The notes below the pieces were generated by a model that was given only the letters and a program-made list of their open reading frames with translations, searched no databases and was not told the DNA's origin. A DNA stretch of 64,000 nucleotides, taken from NCBI GenBank assembly GCA_965222225.1, contig CBDCTK010000002.1:4320001-4384000 (forward strand), in the 5' to 3' direction. This DNA is from Candidatus Poribacteria bacterium (lineage in GTDB: Bacteria > Poribacteria > WGA-4E > JAJDTR01). A program made the position numbers and the translations under genes. Positions 49,180 to 58,712 of the stretch are shown here, one piece after another. Position 1 is the first letter of the stretch. Each line of letters begins with the position of its first letter.

Positions 49180-49644
49180 ATGATGGCGTTTGATTCAAAA
49201 CTGCAACGACAGATCATGGGCCGCTTTGCAACCGGCGTCACACTTTTGACCGCGCGGTTTGACGAAGAGATCTTGGGTATGACGGCGAACGCGGTAATGT
49301 CACTTTCGCTTGAGCCGCCGCTGATTGTTGTCGCCGTTGACAAGGAGAACTCCATGCACGAGTGCCTGATTCAGGGTAAATGCTTCGCCCTAAATATGCT
49401 GCGTACGGACCAGGAAAAGATTTCGCGTCGATTTGCCATCTCCGGTCCCAAGGATTTTTCGGGGTTGAATCTGACCACGGCAGGCACCGGCGCTCCGATT
49501 TTAGTGGATGCAATTGCTTTTGTAGATTGCAAACTGGTTGAAATCCTTCCCGGCGGGGATCACGACATGTTTGTCGGTGAGCCGGTCGCCGGAGAAACAC
49601 GGGACGGAGAGCCACTGATATTTTACGGCGGCGAATATATGTAA
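49180..49644 (+). CDS. Flavin reductase family protein
   Basis: 'R..MGRFATGVT', 'GMTAN...SLSLEPPL', 'GGDH', 'PLIFY'. Confidence 0.92.
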   Translation: MMAFDSKLQRQIMGRFATGVTLLTARFDEEILGMTANAVMSLSLEPPLIVVAVDKENSMHECLIQGKCFALNMLRTDQEKISRRFAISGPKDFSGLNLTTAGTGAPILVDAIAFVDCKLVEILPGGDHDMFVGEPVAGETRDGEPLIFYGGEYM

Positions 49645-49675
49645 TCGTTAATGCGGTTTCTATAGCGACTTGTAG

Positions 49676-52636
49676 CTATTTTGAAGTACTATCGGGACTA
49701 AGCAAGTAACTAAAGGCGCCTGGCACAGGTTCCACATACGTAAGGCCATCTGACCTCAGGAGTTTCGCTGGCCCTATCTCCTTCCTATCTTCATCTAGCG
49801 CCGTAGCTTGACTCACATCGATTGCAAAACCGCACTCAGAACCATCCACCAGAATCACCTCGTATTTTTTTTCTGGAAGAATCCGGCAGATTCCGACTCC
49901 ATTTCCTGCCGCTTTAGCGAACCGTATAGTCCTACCGCGACTGTCAATGAAGATATATGCGGGCGTGACCGCATAATCGGCTCGGTGCCCCTCAATCTCA
50001 CCGCTAAAGACCTCAATTGCCCCATCCTCAGTCCAGCCAGCGTAACCGTTCGGGGACAGTTCTACTTCCCTTCCGTAGGCGGTTACGACCATAGGTTCGT
50101 TATTTGCGTTGCCGTTTACCACGGTGATGCATCCGTTCCGGTAGCGCGTCACAATCTGGGAGCGCTTGTAGGCGCCGGATGCCACGGCGGTCGTCGTATC
50201 CAACAGATTTCCTGCCGCGTCTGCATATCGTATTTCCGCCACGCTTGAAAGCGTATAGCGGCTCTGCAATTGCTGTAGCATGTAGTAGATGCGCAAGGTG
50301 CGGCGTAGGTCGTCTTCGTACTGGAGAATGCCGACGTGTCCAAACGCAATCGTCGCGGCAATGTGCCGATCGCTGCGTGGATCTTCACCCGAGCGCCCAC
50401 TAGGTTCCGGCTCCTCTCCCCGATAGAACATGCCGTACTCTCCCATGCCGATATTGGAGCAGAGATCGTGGGTTTTCCGAAGCTCAAAGTCCACTAACCA
50501 CGGTCCCCACGCCAACTTCACCTCGCCTGCACGGTCCTGAGCGTAATTCCCATCAATGATACCGCTAAAGATGAAGTGGTGGCCGCCCTCGGAGAATACG
50601 GGGCCGCTGTATACTTCCTTTTGAATCAGCATGGTTTCTCCGTAGGCGTAGAAGGTTGCAGCGAAGGTCGCAGCGCCGGGCACTCGGTAGTCGTAATCTA
50701 CAAAATCCAGAGTGTGGAGTGTGTGCACGTCGAGGTAACTCGCGTTGAATCCGAATTTTTCTTGGATAATTGGCGACAACATCTCACAATATTCGGGTGA
50801 CCGAGCGGGCTTGGCTCGGTAACAGCGACGCCAGCCCCCGTGCATCCGATTGTCCGGCGTACGCGTGATGAGATCAGTGTCCCAGTATTCATTGACGGCC
50901 GCGATATCAAGGAACTGTGTGTAAGGTCCGTAAAGGTAACCGATTTCGTTCCGTAAAGCGCGGGAATAAGCCGCCCATCCGTCATCTCCGCCTTTTTCCG
51001 GGGCGCCGTGGGTTCGGAAGGTGAAACTTTCACCGCTATCGCGCCAGCCGCCTTCATGGTCAGCGATGGTCATTTCGGTTATGCCATAACGGTGGAGCCT
51101 CCTAAAGAAGCGGATGCCGTCTTCTCGCGGTTTTTCGGATTGATGCGACTTCCAGAGTCGGGTTCCCACATCCTTTAGCCACGGGGACTTCGGATTTGGG
51201 ATAGTGGGTAACATCTCCTCGTAACGCGGGGAAACCGTGATAAAGAACCGCTCGTAGCAATCAACCCGCACACCGTCGGTTTTGGGGATGTACCGCGTTC
51301 CCGTGTTGTAGATAACGCCGTCAGGCGTTAGTGCAGGCGAGGGCAGCAGCATTGAGGCGTTGGATAGATACCAATCCGTGTTTCCGGTCAAGAACAATGG
51401 GGCATCTTGTGATCCGGCGACGACGACCGCCGGTCGTCCATCCGGAAGGTAGCCGTTGTAGGTGTAAAACGGATTGGACACCAAGCGTGGATTCTCCAAG
51501 CCGACAGCCTTACCGTATCTTACTTCGGCAACGTTGCCACCGGGGGCAAGCGTGTCAATTACAAGCGACTTATTCCAAAGTCGATACAGATAAATTACGT
51601 CCTGGGTTACCCCTTTGGCTTTCAACCGCCATCGGGAGACCACCTTCTCATCGTGGATGGTGGTGCCTAGATGCTCGGCGGACTCCGCCGGGGAGGGCGA
51701 ATCCGCGTCGGTTGCCAAATATACGCCACCATCGACGCACGGCTGAATTGGACCGCCTCGCCCCTCCCATTCGGCGCTGATGTCACCCAATGTGCCGGTA
51801 CGAGGCTCAAGCCGGTAGATGAGGGTGCCGTCCACGCCCTCATAACGAAACGTGAAACCGTCGCCCTCGGCTTGGACGCTCGTCGTGAACTTGTCCGTCA
51901 GGTTGTCGGGCAAGATGGTTTGCTCGCGTGTTGGAAACGGGAGTTCCCCGGGTCCAGTATTCGTGCCTATTCCTTGTCCGGGGAACATCGGGATACCGCG
52001 TCGAGGACGCGGCTTGAAATACAGCGGTTTGAAGTCTTCAGTGAAGACCGCTAGATTGTCAAAGCAGATTAACCGATCTTCCGGATCGTTGGAATCGTGA
52101 ATGGTGAGCCCGATGAAAGTGGAACCGTTGGCGACGAGTTTGATTTGATCGGGACACAAGCGATAATAGGAGAGAAACCACCCCCAGCTATCCCAATCCG
52201 CACGCATGGGAAAACGCATCTCACTTCCATCCGAAGCATTGAACAGTGCGGTAATCTTTGGGCGATGGCGTTCTTTGCCGTAAAGCCAGCAGGAGACGAC
52301 CTCAAAGCCGTTTTGGATTGGGATGGGGGCTGGCGGACTGGTACGGATTTCGGGATCAGCTCCAGTTTCGCGGTAAGTGAGTTTGGCAACGTATTTTCCC
52401 CAGAGTTGTTGCTCTCGCGAGCGCTTGAATTGGGCATTCGCATTGGTCGTTTCAACCTGCCATCCTGTCAAATCCTCAAAATCGATTAGAGGCGGGTGGG
52501 TATCCTCGGTGCGATTTGCCCATTCCATCTCATAAGGGCGTTGACCGATGACCTCTTCATCCTCTCCCCAGCTTACATTGCTGGTAGCTAGGACGGTTGC
52601 CATAAACATGGTTGTGCATAGGATTTCTGTTGTCAA
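49676..52636 (-). CDS. Large secreted protein, possibly a glycoside hydrolase (GH101/129-like barrel)
   Basis: 986-aa ORF, GGAGG SD, signal-like N-terminus. 'YLDVHT' and 'GPVFSEG' suggest a TIM-barrel GH; family uncertain. Confidence 0.5.
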   Translation of the reverse strand: MTTEILCTTMFMATVLATSNVSWGEDEEVIGQRPYEMEWANRTEDTHPPLIDFEDLTGWQVETTNANAQFKRSREQQLWGKYVAKLTYRETGADPEIRTSPPAPIPIQNGFEVVSCWLYGKERHRPKITALFNASDGSEMRFPMRADWDSWGWFLSYYRLCPDQIKLVANGSTFIGLTIHDSNDPEDRLICFDNLAVFTEDFKPLYFKPRPRRGIPMFPGQGIGTNTGPGELPFPTREQTILPDNLTDKFTTSVQAEGDGFTFRYEGVDGTLIYRLEPRTGTLGDISAEWEGRGGPIQPCVDGGVYLATDADSPSPAESAEHLGTTIHDEKVVSRWRLKAKGVTQDVIYLYRLWNKSLVIDTLAPGGNVAEVRYGKAVGLENPRLVSNPFYTYNGYLPDGRPAVVVAGSQDAPLFLTGNTDWYLSNASMLLPSPALTPDGVIYNTGTRYIPKTDGVRVDCYERFFITVSPRYEEMLPTIPNPKSPWLKDVGTRLWKSHQSEKPREDGIRFFRRLHRYGITEMTIADHEGGWRDSGESFTFRTHGAPEKGGDDGWAAYSRALRNEIGYLYGPYTQFLDIAAVNEYWDTDLITRTPDNRMHGGWRRCYRAKPARSPEYCEMLSPIIQEKFGFNASYLDVHTLHTLDFVDYDYRVPGAATFAATFYAYGETMLIQKEVYSGPVFSEGGHHFIFSGIIDGNYAQDRAGEVKLAWGPWLVDFELRKTHDLCSNIGMGEYGMFYRGEEPEPSGRSGEDPRSDRHIAATIAFGHVGILQYEDDLRRTLRIYYMLQQLQSRYTLSSVAEIRYADAAGNLLDTTTAVASGAYKRSQIVTRYRNGCITVVNGNANNEPMVVTAYGREVELSPNGYAGWTEDGAIEVFSGEIEGHRADYAVTPAYIFIDSRGRTIRFAKAAGNGVGICRILPEKKYEVILVDGSECGFAIDVSQATALDEDRKEIGPAKLLRSDGLTYVEPVPGAFSYLLSPDSTSK

Positions 52637-52965
52637 GGTAGGTTCCTCCTGAACCGGGTGAATAAATTAACAATTTTTGGCGGTAAGTTTCTTATGAGCG
52701 TTCTCTATCACGACAGGATTTCTTTTGGGGGTAACGGTTGTTATTCCATTGCGTTCGAGTCGCAATCGGGAGGGGATCTCTATCGTAGTCCATTGTCCAT
52801 TCCCTTCATCTCAGTAAAAGGGAAGATTAGGGGGATTTGATGATTGTTAACCGCACTCCACAAAAAATGGTGGGCAGTGCCCACCCTACAAAAGTGCGAG
52901 GTCGTAGTGCCAATGACTATGACAATCGTTATTCCCTTACCTTCGTCAGGCTTGGGGAATTGCCG

Positions 52966-53934
52966 TTATTTCGACGTAGCGAGTTTGGCGGCGAGGTTAA
53001 ATGCGCATAAGAAATTCTGTGTGGACGCAATTCCTTTGTAGGCGATGTCGAATCCCGTGCCGTGATCGACAGAGGTCCTGATTATGGGTAAGCCGAGCGT
53101 CACGTTTACGGTGTCGTGGAAGCCGAGCAGTTTCATCGGGATGTGACCTTGGTCGTGGTACATGCACACCACGGCGTCATAGTCTCCTGCCAGGGCTTTC
53201 ATGAAAAGTGTGTCTGGGGAGATCGGACCGTGCGCATCAATGCCTTGGCACTGCGCCTCTTGGATGGCGGGTACAATTTCCTCTATCTCCTCTTTACCGA
53301 AAGCGCCACCCTCGCCCGCGTGGGGATTGAGTCCAGCGACGGCGATCCTCGCGCGGGGGAATAGCTTCCCAGCGGCTGCGCGGGTCATGTGGAGCACTGA
53401 ATGCACACGCTCGCGATTCACGAGGTTTACCGCCTCTTTCAACGAAACGTGGGTTGACACGTGCGTGACAATCAGTTTGGGCGCTACCAGGCTTAACACG
53501 TAATCTGCCACGCCGCACATGTCGGCGATGAGCTCCGTGTGCCCTTGAAAATTCGGGAAGGTATGGCGGCAGGCTGCCTTGTTGATCGGGAGTGTGACAA
53601 TGGCGTCGATTTTCTCTTCTAGTGCGTGTTCGGTAGCGACCTGAACGTAGTTAACCGCGGCAGCCCCAGCTTTCGCCGATATTTTGCCTATTGTGACCTC
53701 CGTCCGTTGGAGTTGTCGGCAGTCAAAGACATTCAGGTGTTCAGGTTTGATGTCTTCCAGTGAGGTAATGGGATTAAGAGCGAGATTGAGGTTAAATTTG
53801 CCGAGGGCGAATTCCAGCACCTCCAGATCACCGAAAACAACGAATGGCTGGGGCAGACTATTGCTCGCAACTGAGCGCAAGAGGATTTCGGGGCCCAGTC
53901 CGCAGGCATCTCCCATGGTTATCCCGATTAGCAC
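52966..53934 (-). CDS. pdxA: 4-hydroxythreonine-4-phosphate dehydrogenase family (PdxA/PdxA2)
   Basis: 'ITMGD..G.GPE', 'T.PINK', 'GHTE', 'GLNPHAGE.G.FG.EE', 'MYHDQGH', 'RTSVDHGT.FDIA'. Confidence 0.92.
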   Translation of the reverse strand: MLIGITMGDACGLGPEILLRSVASNSLPQPFVVFGDLEVLEFALGKFNLNLALNPITSLEDIKPEHLNVFDCRQLQRTEVTIGKISAKAGAAAVNYVQVATEHALEEKIDAIVTLPINKAACRHTFPNFQGHTELIADMCGVADYVLSLVAPKLIVTHVSTHVSLKEAVNLVNRERVHSVLHMTRAAAGKLFPRARIAVAGLNPHAGEGGAFGKEEIEEIVPAIQEAQCQGIDAHGPISPDTLFMKALAGDYDAVVCMYHDQGHIPMKLLGFHDTVNVTLGLPIIRTSVDHGTGFDIAYKGIASTQNFLCAFNLAAKLATSK

Positions 53935-53997
53935 ACTATTGAGACCTCCATGAATAATCGTGCAGGAAATCTGCCAATTCTATTTGTAGACTGCCAG

Positions 53998-55962
53998 TTA
54001 TTCTCCGGAAACATCCCACAACAGAATCGTCCCGTCATGACTCCCACTTGCGAGTGTCGTTCCATCCGGGCTGAAAGCGACGCTCTCAACCCAGCTTGTG
54101 TGCCCAGTGAATGTGCGCTTGTGCTCTCCCGTTGTGGCATCCCAAAGCCGGATGGTTTTGTCCAAGCTCGCACTGGCGAAGATTCCACCATTCGGACTAA
54201 ATGCCACACTCTTGACTAGGTCTTCATGACCAGTGAGTATATGCTTATGGACACCCGTGGCGCTATCCCGCAAACGGACAGTACCGTCGCCACTGCCAGT
54301 GGCAATCGTCCGCCCATCCGGACTGAATGCCACGCTGTTCACATCGTCGATATGCTCGGTGAATATTCGGGGCACATCTGTGTCAAGACCGGTTTTGCTA
54401 CCGGTATACCCGGTGAGTACTTGCTTGGATTCACCCGTTGCTGTATTCCACAGTCGGACGGTACCGTCGGAACTCCCAGTGGCAATCGTGCCTCCATCCG
54501 GGCTGAAGGCAATGCTTTCTATGCTGTCTGTATGCCCGGTAAGGATTAGCCTGCGTATACCTGTTGCTGCATCCCACAGTCGGATAGTATAGTCGTAGCT
54601 ACTACCGGCAATCGTGCCTCCGTCTGGACTGAATGCCTCGCTTTCATTGTCGTCGGAGGACGCGTAAAGTGTCCGCTTGTGTGCGCCTGTGACAGAGTCC
54701 CACAACTCAATGCCTCTCCTACCACGAGTGGCAATCGTGCCTCCATCTGGACTGAATGCCACGTTTTCAAAGTCATGAGAAAAACCGGGAAGCTTCAGCT
54801 TGCGCGTGCCGGTGATAGCGTCCCACAAGTGGATAGAACCACCCCAACCATCGCCATTACCGCTGGCAATCGTGCCTCCATCCGGACTGAATGCCACGCT
54901 CCCGACACTCTGTAAATAACCGGAAAACGTCTGTTTCTCGGCACCGGTGGTAACATCCCATTGGCGAAGGGCGCCGCTGGTATTCACACCGGCAATCATG
55001 CCTCCATCCAGGGTGAATGCCACGCTCTCAACACTATTTAAAAGACCGGAAAGCGTTTGTCTCTGAGCGCCTGTGTTAGCATCCCACAAGCAGAAGGTAC
55101 TCCTCCCACTCGCACTGGCAATCGTTCGTCCATCCTGGCTGAATGCCACGCTCCTAACACTACCTGAATGCCCTGCAAGAGTCATTTTGTGTGCACCTGT
55201 GTTAGCATTCCACAAGCGGAGGGTTCCATCCAAACCGCCACTAGCAATCGTGTCTCCATCCGGGTTGAATGCAACGCTTAAAACGCCGGGTGAATGCCCT
55301 GCAAGAGTCATTTTGTGCGCACCTGTGTTAGCATCCCACAGGCGGGTGGTCTCGTCCCAACTCGCACTGGCAATCGTGCTTCCATCAGGGCTGAAAGCAA
55401 CGGAGTAAACGCGGTCTGAGTGGCCAGTAAGCGTTTTCTTGTGAGCGCCTGTGTTAGCATCCCACAGGTGGACGGTACCGTCCCAACTCCCACTTGCAAT
55501 CGTGTCTTCATCCGGGCTGAATGCAACGCTTAAAACGCCGGGTGAATGCCCTGCAAGAGTCATTTTGTGTGCACCTGTGTTAGCAATCCACAGGCGGATG
55601 GTACCGCCTTTAGTTCCACCAGCAATCGTGTCTCCATCTGGGCTGAATGCAATGCCGTTTGTGTGTCCGGTGCAAAGTGTGACTTCGGCGCCAGTGTGTG
55701 CATCATAAATCCAGATTCCGATTGTACTTGCAACCGCTAACCGTGCCCCATCTGGAGAATAGGTGATTTCGGATGCGTAACCTTTGCCTAGACGCATCTT
55801 GGCGCCTTCCGGCAAACCCCATTGATTGGGTGGATTGTGTTGGTCGGACGCTTTCTGATATTCGGATGCGCTCTGTTTAGGCGAGTCTTGAGAGCAACCG
55901 CTTTGTAGAAGGAGTGCGATAACGAGCGCAAGGCTAAATTTTGAGGAGCGAGTTTTTTTCAT
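53998..55962 (-). CDS. WD40-repeat lipoprotein-like protein (~13-14 repeats)
   Basis: Leader ending 'QSGC', 'QWGLPEGAKMRLGKG', WD40 repeats. Confidence 0.92.
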   Translation of the reverse strand: MKKTRSSKFSLALVIALLLQSGCSQDSPKQSASEYQKASDQHNPPNQWGLPEGAKMRLGKGYASEITYSPDGARLAVASTIGIWIYDAHTGAEVTLCTGHTNGIAFSPDGDTIAGGTKGGTIRLWIANTGAHKMTLAGHSPGVLSVAFSPDEDTIASGSWDGTVHLWDANTGAHKKTLTGHSDRVYSVAFSPDGSTIASASWDETTRLWDANTGAHKMTLAGHSPGVLSVAFNPDGDTIASGGLDGTLRLWNANTGAHKMTLAGHSGSVRSVAFSQDGRTIASASGRSTFCLWDANTGAQRQTLSGLLNSVESVAFTLDGGMIAGVNTSGALRQWDVTTGAEKQTFSGYLQSVGSVAFSPDGGTIASGNGDGWGGSIHLWDAITGTRKLKLPGFSHDFENVAFSPDGGTIATRGRRGIELWDSVTGAHKRTLYASSDDNESEAFSPDGGTIAGSSYDYTIRLWDAATGIRRLILTGHTDSIESIAFSPDGGTIATGSSDGTVRLWNTATGESKQVLTGYTGSKTGLDTDVPRIFTEHIDDVNSVAFSPDGRTIATGSGDGTVRLRDSATGVHKHILTGHEDLVKSVAFSPNGGIFASASLDKTIRLWDATTGEHKRTFTGHTSWVESVAFSPDGTTLASGSHDGTILLWDVSGE

Positions 55963-56288
55963 TAGTGAGTCGGAGGCTACGTGAAAGCCTGCGTGAAAAG
56001 TTGGTGGTAAAGCTATTGTTTGGTCATTTGGGGGACAAAATCATCGGATTTTCAAGACATTTTCCCCAAAATGGCCTCTCTCAAAGACGGATTCGGACTT
56101 TTCAAACAGGCTCTGAATAATAGATGGCAAGTTATTGTTGCCATTCACCCTTCGCCCCTCTGGGGCTTGTAAGAGGGTGGTGGGGTCTTTATCGTTCTCA
56201 CTATTCATTCGCTTAATCGCAGTAAGGGGATTAAGCGTTGATTTGACAATTGTCGATCGCACCCTACAAAATTACGCAAGCGCAAGAA

Positions 56289-56322
56289 AGAAACCGAGTT
56301 TTGCGGAAAAAACTCGGTTTCT
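56289..56322. terminator. Palindromic repeat / possible terminator AGAAACCGAGTTTT-N6-AAAACTCGGTTTCT
   Basis: Strong hairpin just 3' of the Gfo gene; related copies at 57443-57475 and 46455-46480. Confidence 0.6.
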
Positions 56323-56343
56323 AGTTGCCTGAAGCGCAAATCA

Positions 56344-57423
56344 CTACTCTTTCAACCACACGTCTAGGGGGTGTCTCCGTTCCGTTAACGGGATTGCTAC
56401 CCTCGCGCCGAGTCGATGGGATTCGTAGGTGCCGAGAATGAGTTCAAGCGCTTTTACCGCTTGGACGCCGCTTAACGGATGCTCGTCGCCGGTTTCGATA
56501 CACCGAATGAATTCTTCAACGGCGATTCGGTAGACCGAATCCCAACTACCGGGGCTTCGACCGGCGAGTTCAGTCGTCGATAGTTCTATCGGTCGCCAAA
56601 TATTGTCCTCAGGGTTGGCGGACCACAGCGCATCCGTACGATGCATCAGCGGACAGGGGGACTCCGGGACTCGTAACCCCAAGGCTCCCTTTGTTCCAAT
56701 CAATTCAATGCCGAAGTAATCGGGTTCCGCCCTCCAGAACTCGACCGTCGCGGTAACGCCGTTCTTGAATCCCAGAATGGTCGTCGATTTGTCGCCTGTC
56801 ATGGGTCCCATTCCGCCGGGATGGGGTTGAATGTCTTTCGTCGTCGCCGCTTTTCCCTCGGTTGTCACGTAACCATCAAGCCACTCCACATCTCCGGCGA
56901 AAAAACGAGCAGTGTCAAAAAGGTGAGTGCCGAGATTGATTAGACCGTGTCCCGCTGGATACGAATTCCGCAATATCGCCCGAATCGCCAAGAGGTCGCC
57001 GATGTATCCTTCCTCTAGGAGGGTTTTCGCTCGGATGTGGTAAGGGTCGCATCGTCTGATATTGTAGATAGCAAATTGGATTCCCGCTTGATCGCATGCC
57101 GCAACCATTTCGTCGGCATGGCTCAATGAAGTGGCAATGGGTTTTTCGCCCAAGACGTGGATGCCCCGCTCGGCTGCCGCAAGCGTCATGTCGTAACGTT
57201 GGATGGGATTGGTGTCTATTTCGACAATATTCAGATCGGCGTGGGCTAACATTTCTTCGTAGCTTGAGTAAATCGTAGAAACGCCGTGCTCTTGAAACAG
57301 GTCTCTTTCGGTGTCGGTATGGGCGGCGGCTGCGACCAGTTCCACTCGTGGCGCAGCCTTCAAGGCGGAGACATGGGAACTTAGATGTGTTGTTCCGACA
57401 ATACCTATGCGGTAAGTTTTCAT
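56344..57423 (-). CDS. Gfo/Idh/MocA family oxidoreductase
   Basis: 'RIGIVG', 'HVLGEKPIA', 'G.IG.L', 'GTHLFD'. Confidence 0.9.
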   Translation of the reverse strand: MKTYRIGIVGTTHLSSHVSALKAAPRVELVAAAAHTDTERDLFQEHGVSTIYSSYEEMLAHADLNIVEIDTNPIQRYDMTLAAAERGIHVLGEKPIATSLSHADEMVAACDQAGIQFAIYNIRRCDPYHIRAKTLLEEGYIGDLLAIRAILRNSYPAGHGLINLGTHLFDTARFFAGDVEWLDGYVTTEGKAATTKDIQPHPGGMGPMTGDKSTTILGFKNGVTATVEFWRAEPDYFGIELIGTKGALGLRVPESPCPLMHRTDALWSANPEDNIWRPIELSTTELAGRSPGSWDSVYRIAVEEFIRCIETGDEHPLSGVQAVKALELILGTYESHRLGARVAIPLTERRHPLDVWLKE

Positions 57424-57537
57424 CGTGGGGGTCCTAGAATTAAGAACCCAAGTTTTGAAGAAAAAACTCGGTTTCGGTACAAATAGTTCTATTCGAAATG
57501 AATTCTTAAACGGGATTTAAATGTGCGCGGGAGCAAA

Positions 57538-58245
57538 TCAGCGGTTGGGTTTTCCGGAACTCCAGTTCCAATTGTCGGGGGGCCAAAGATTGGTGCCGAC
57601 AACTTTGTCCTTGTTATCCGCTAGTGAGAAACCAGGGGCGTACCAGTCTTTGACTTCCTCAACCCATCGTTTTATGTGAGGGGTGCCTCTGTGATATTCA
57701 AACGCCGCCTTGTTAACATAAACCTCATAAAGATAGAGTGCGGATCGATCTTCTTGGTTTTGGTAGATGTCGAATCTTAGGCATCCCTGTTCTTCGTTGA
57801 CCGATCCAATCGCATCACGACGCAGGGAGTCAATGAAATCGGACACATGATCTTCTTTGATTTTTAGCGGCGCATGGATTACAAACAGGCCTCCGTTAAA
57901 GGCTTCGTCTTCCACTGCGAAGGCACGTTGTGAATCCCAACATGCGTCGCCAACAGGAAATACGGGGCGATACTTTGCATACTGGGGAGGCACGGCTGTC
58001 CAGTTCTTTGTGGTTTGTGAAAACCCTTGGTAGTGAGGAAGGCTCAGATGTTCGTAAAATGCGCCCATATCGTTGTAGATTTGGCACAGACCAAGCTTTG
58101 TCGGGTCGTTCTCATCTTGAATGACATCGTAGCGACGACATCCGGGTTCGCTTTTTACCGTAGTCTTGGCGTTTAGTATTGCCTCGCGGATTACATCGTC
58201 CACGTGTTGCTCTTTCGCATGGAGGGGTATCATTAGAACTTCCAT
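57538..58245 (-). CDS. Tandem ABM/LsrG-like monooxygenase domain protein
   Basis: Two domains: 'EPGCRRYDV...AFYEH...PH' and 'EQGCLRFDI...LYEVY...AF..H..TPH'. Confidence 0.82.
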   Translation of the reverse strand: MEVLMIPLHAKEQHVDDVIREAILNAKTTVKSEPGCRRYDVIQDENDPTKLGLCQIYNDMGAFYEHLSLPHYQGFSQTTKNWTAVPPQYAKYRPVFPVGDACWDSQRAFAVEDEAFNGGLFVIHAPLKIKEDHVSDFIDSLRRDAIGSVNEEQGCLRFDIYQNQEDRSALYLYEVYVNKAAFEYHRGTPHIKRWVEEVKDWYAPGFSLADNKDKVVGTNLWPPDNWNWSSGKPNR

Positions 58246-58672
58246 AGTTTTCCTCTTTTCTCGCAGTTGATTTTACTGCATCCGCAGCGGGGAAGCCGCT
58301 TTCAGAGCAGACCACTATTTTCGTATTTTATCAAGGAGTGATGAAATGGTCAAGACAATTCCTGTTGAGGGAAATCGCATCAGATTTTTGGTTGTAGAGG
58401 TATTTCTGTCTGGTTCTAGACGGAGCGTGTATATAGGGTGAAAACGTGATGTGTGAAACGTCAACAAATGGACGATTCCTGAAGGAATTCTATCGCAGTC
58501 GCTAATCGCTCCTTTGATCGTTCCCTATTTGGTCACTTGATCGGCCAGTTGATTCTTTTGGAGTGAAAGATTTGAAGCTAATGCAGGTTTGAAGCTAATG
58601 CAGGCATGAAATCTGCCGGATTTGCCAATCCAGCAGGACGGGTCAGGACGCAATCGGCAAGTAAGTTTATTC

Positions 58673-58701
58673 TTGAAAATTGAATAAGGGCTTGCTATAA
58701 T
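58673..58701 (+). promoter_or_regulatory. Sigma70-like promoter with extended -10
   Basis: TTGAAA-N17-TATAAT with TGn; ATG follows 11 bp later (near-leaderless). Confidence 0.55.
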
Positions 58702-58712
58702 CGATTAGTCTT

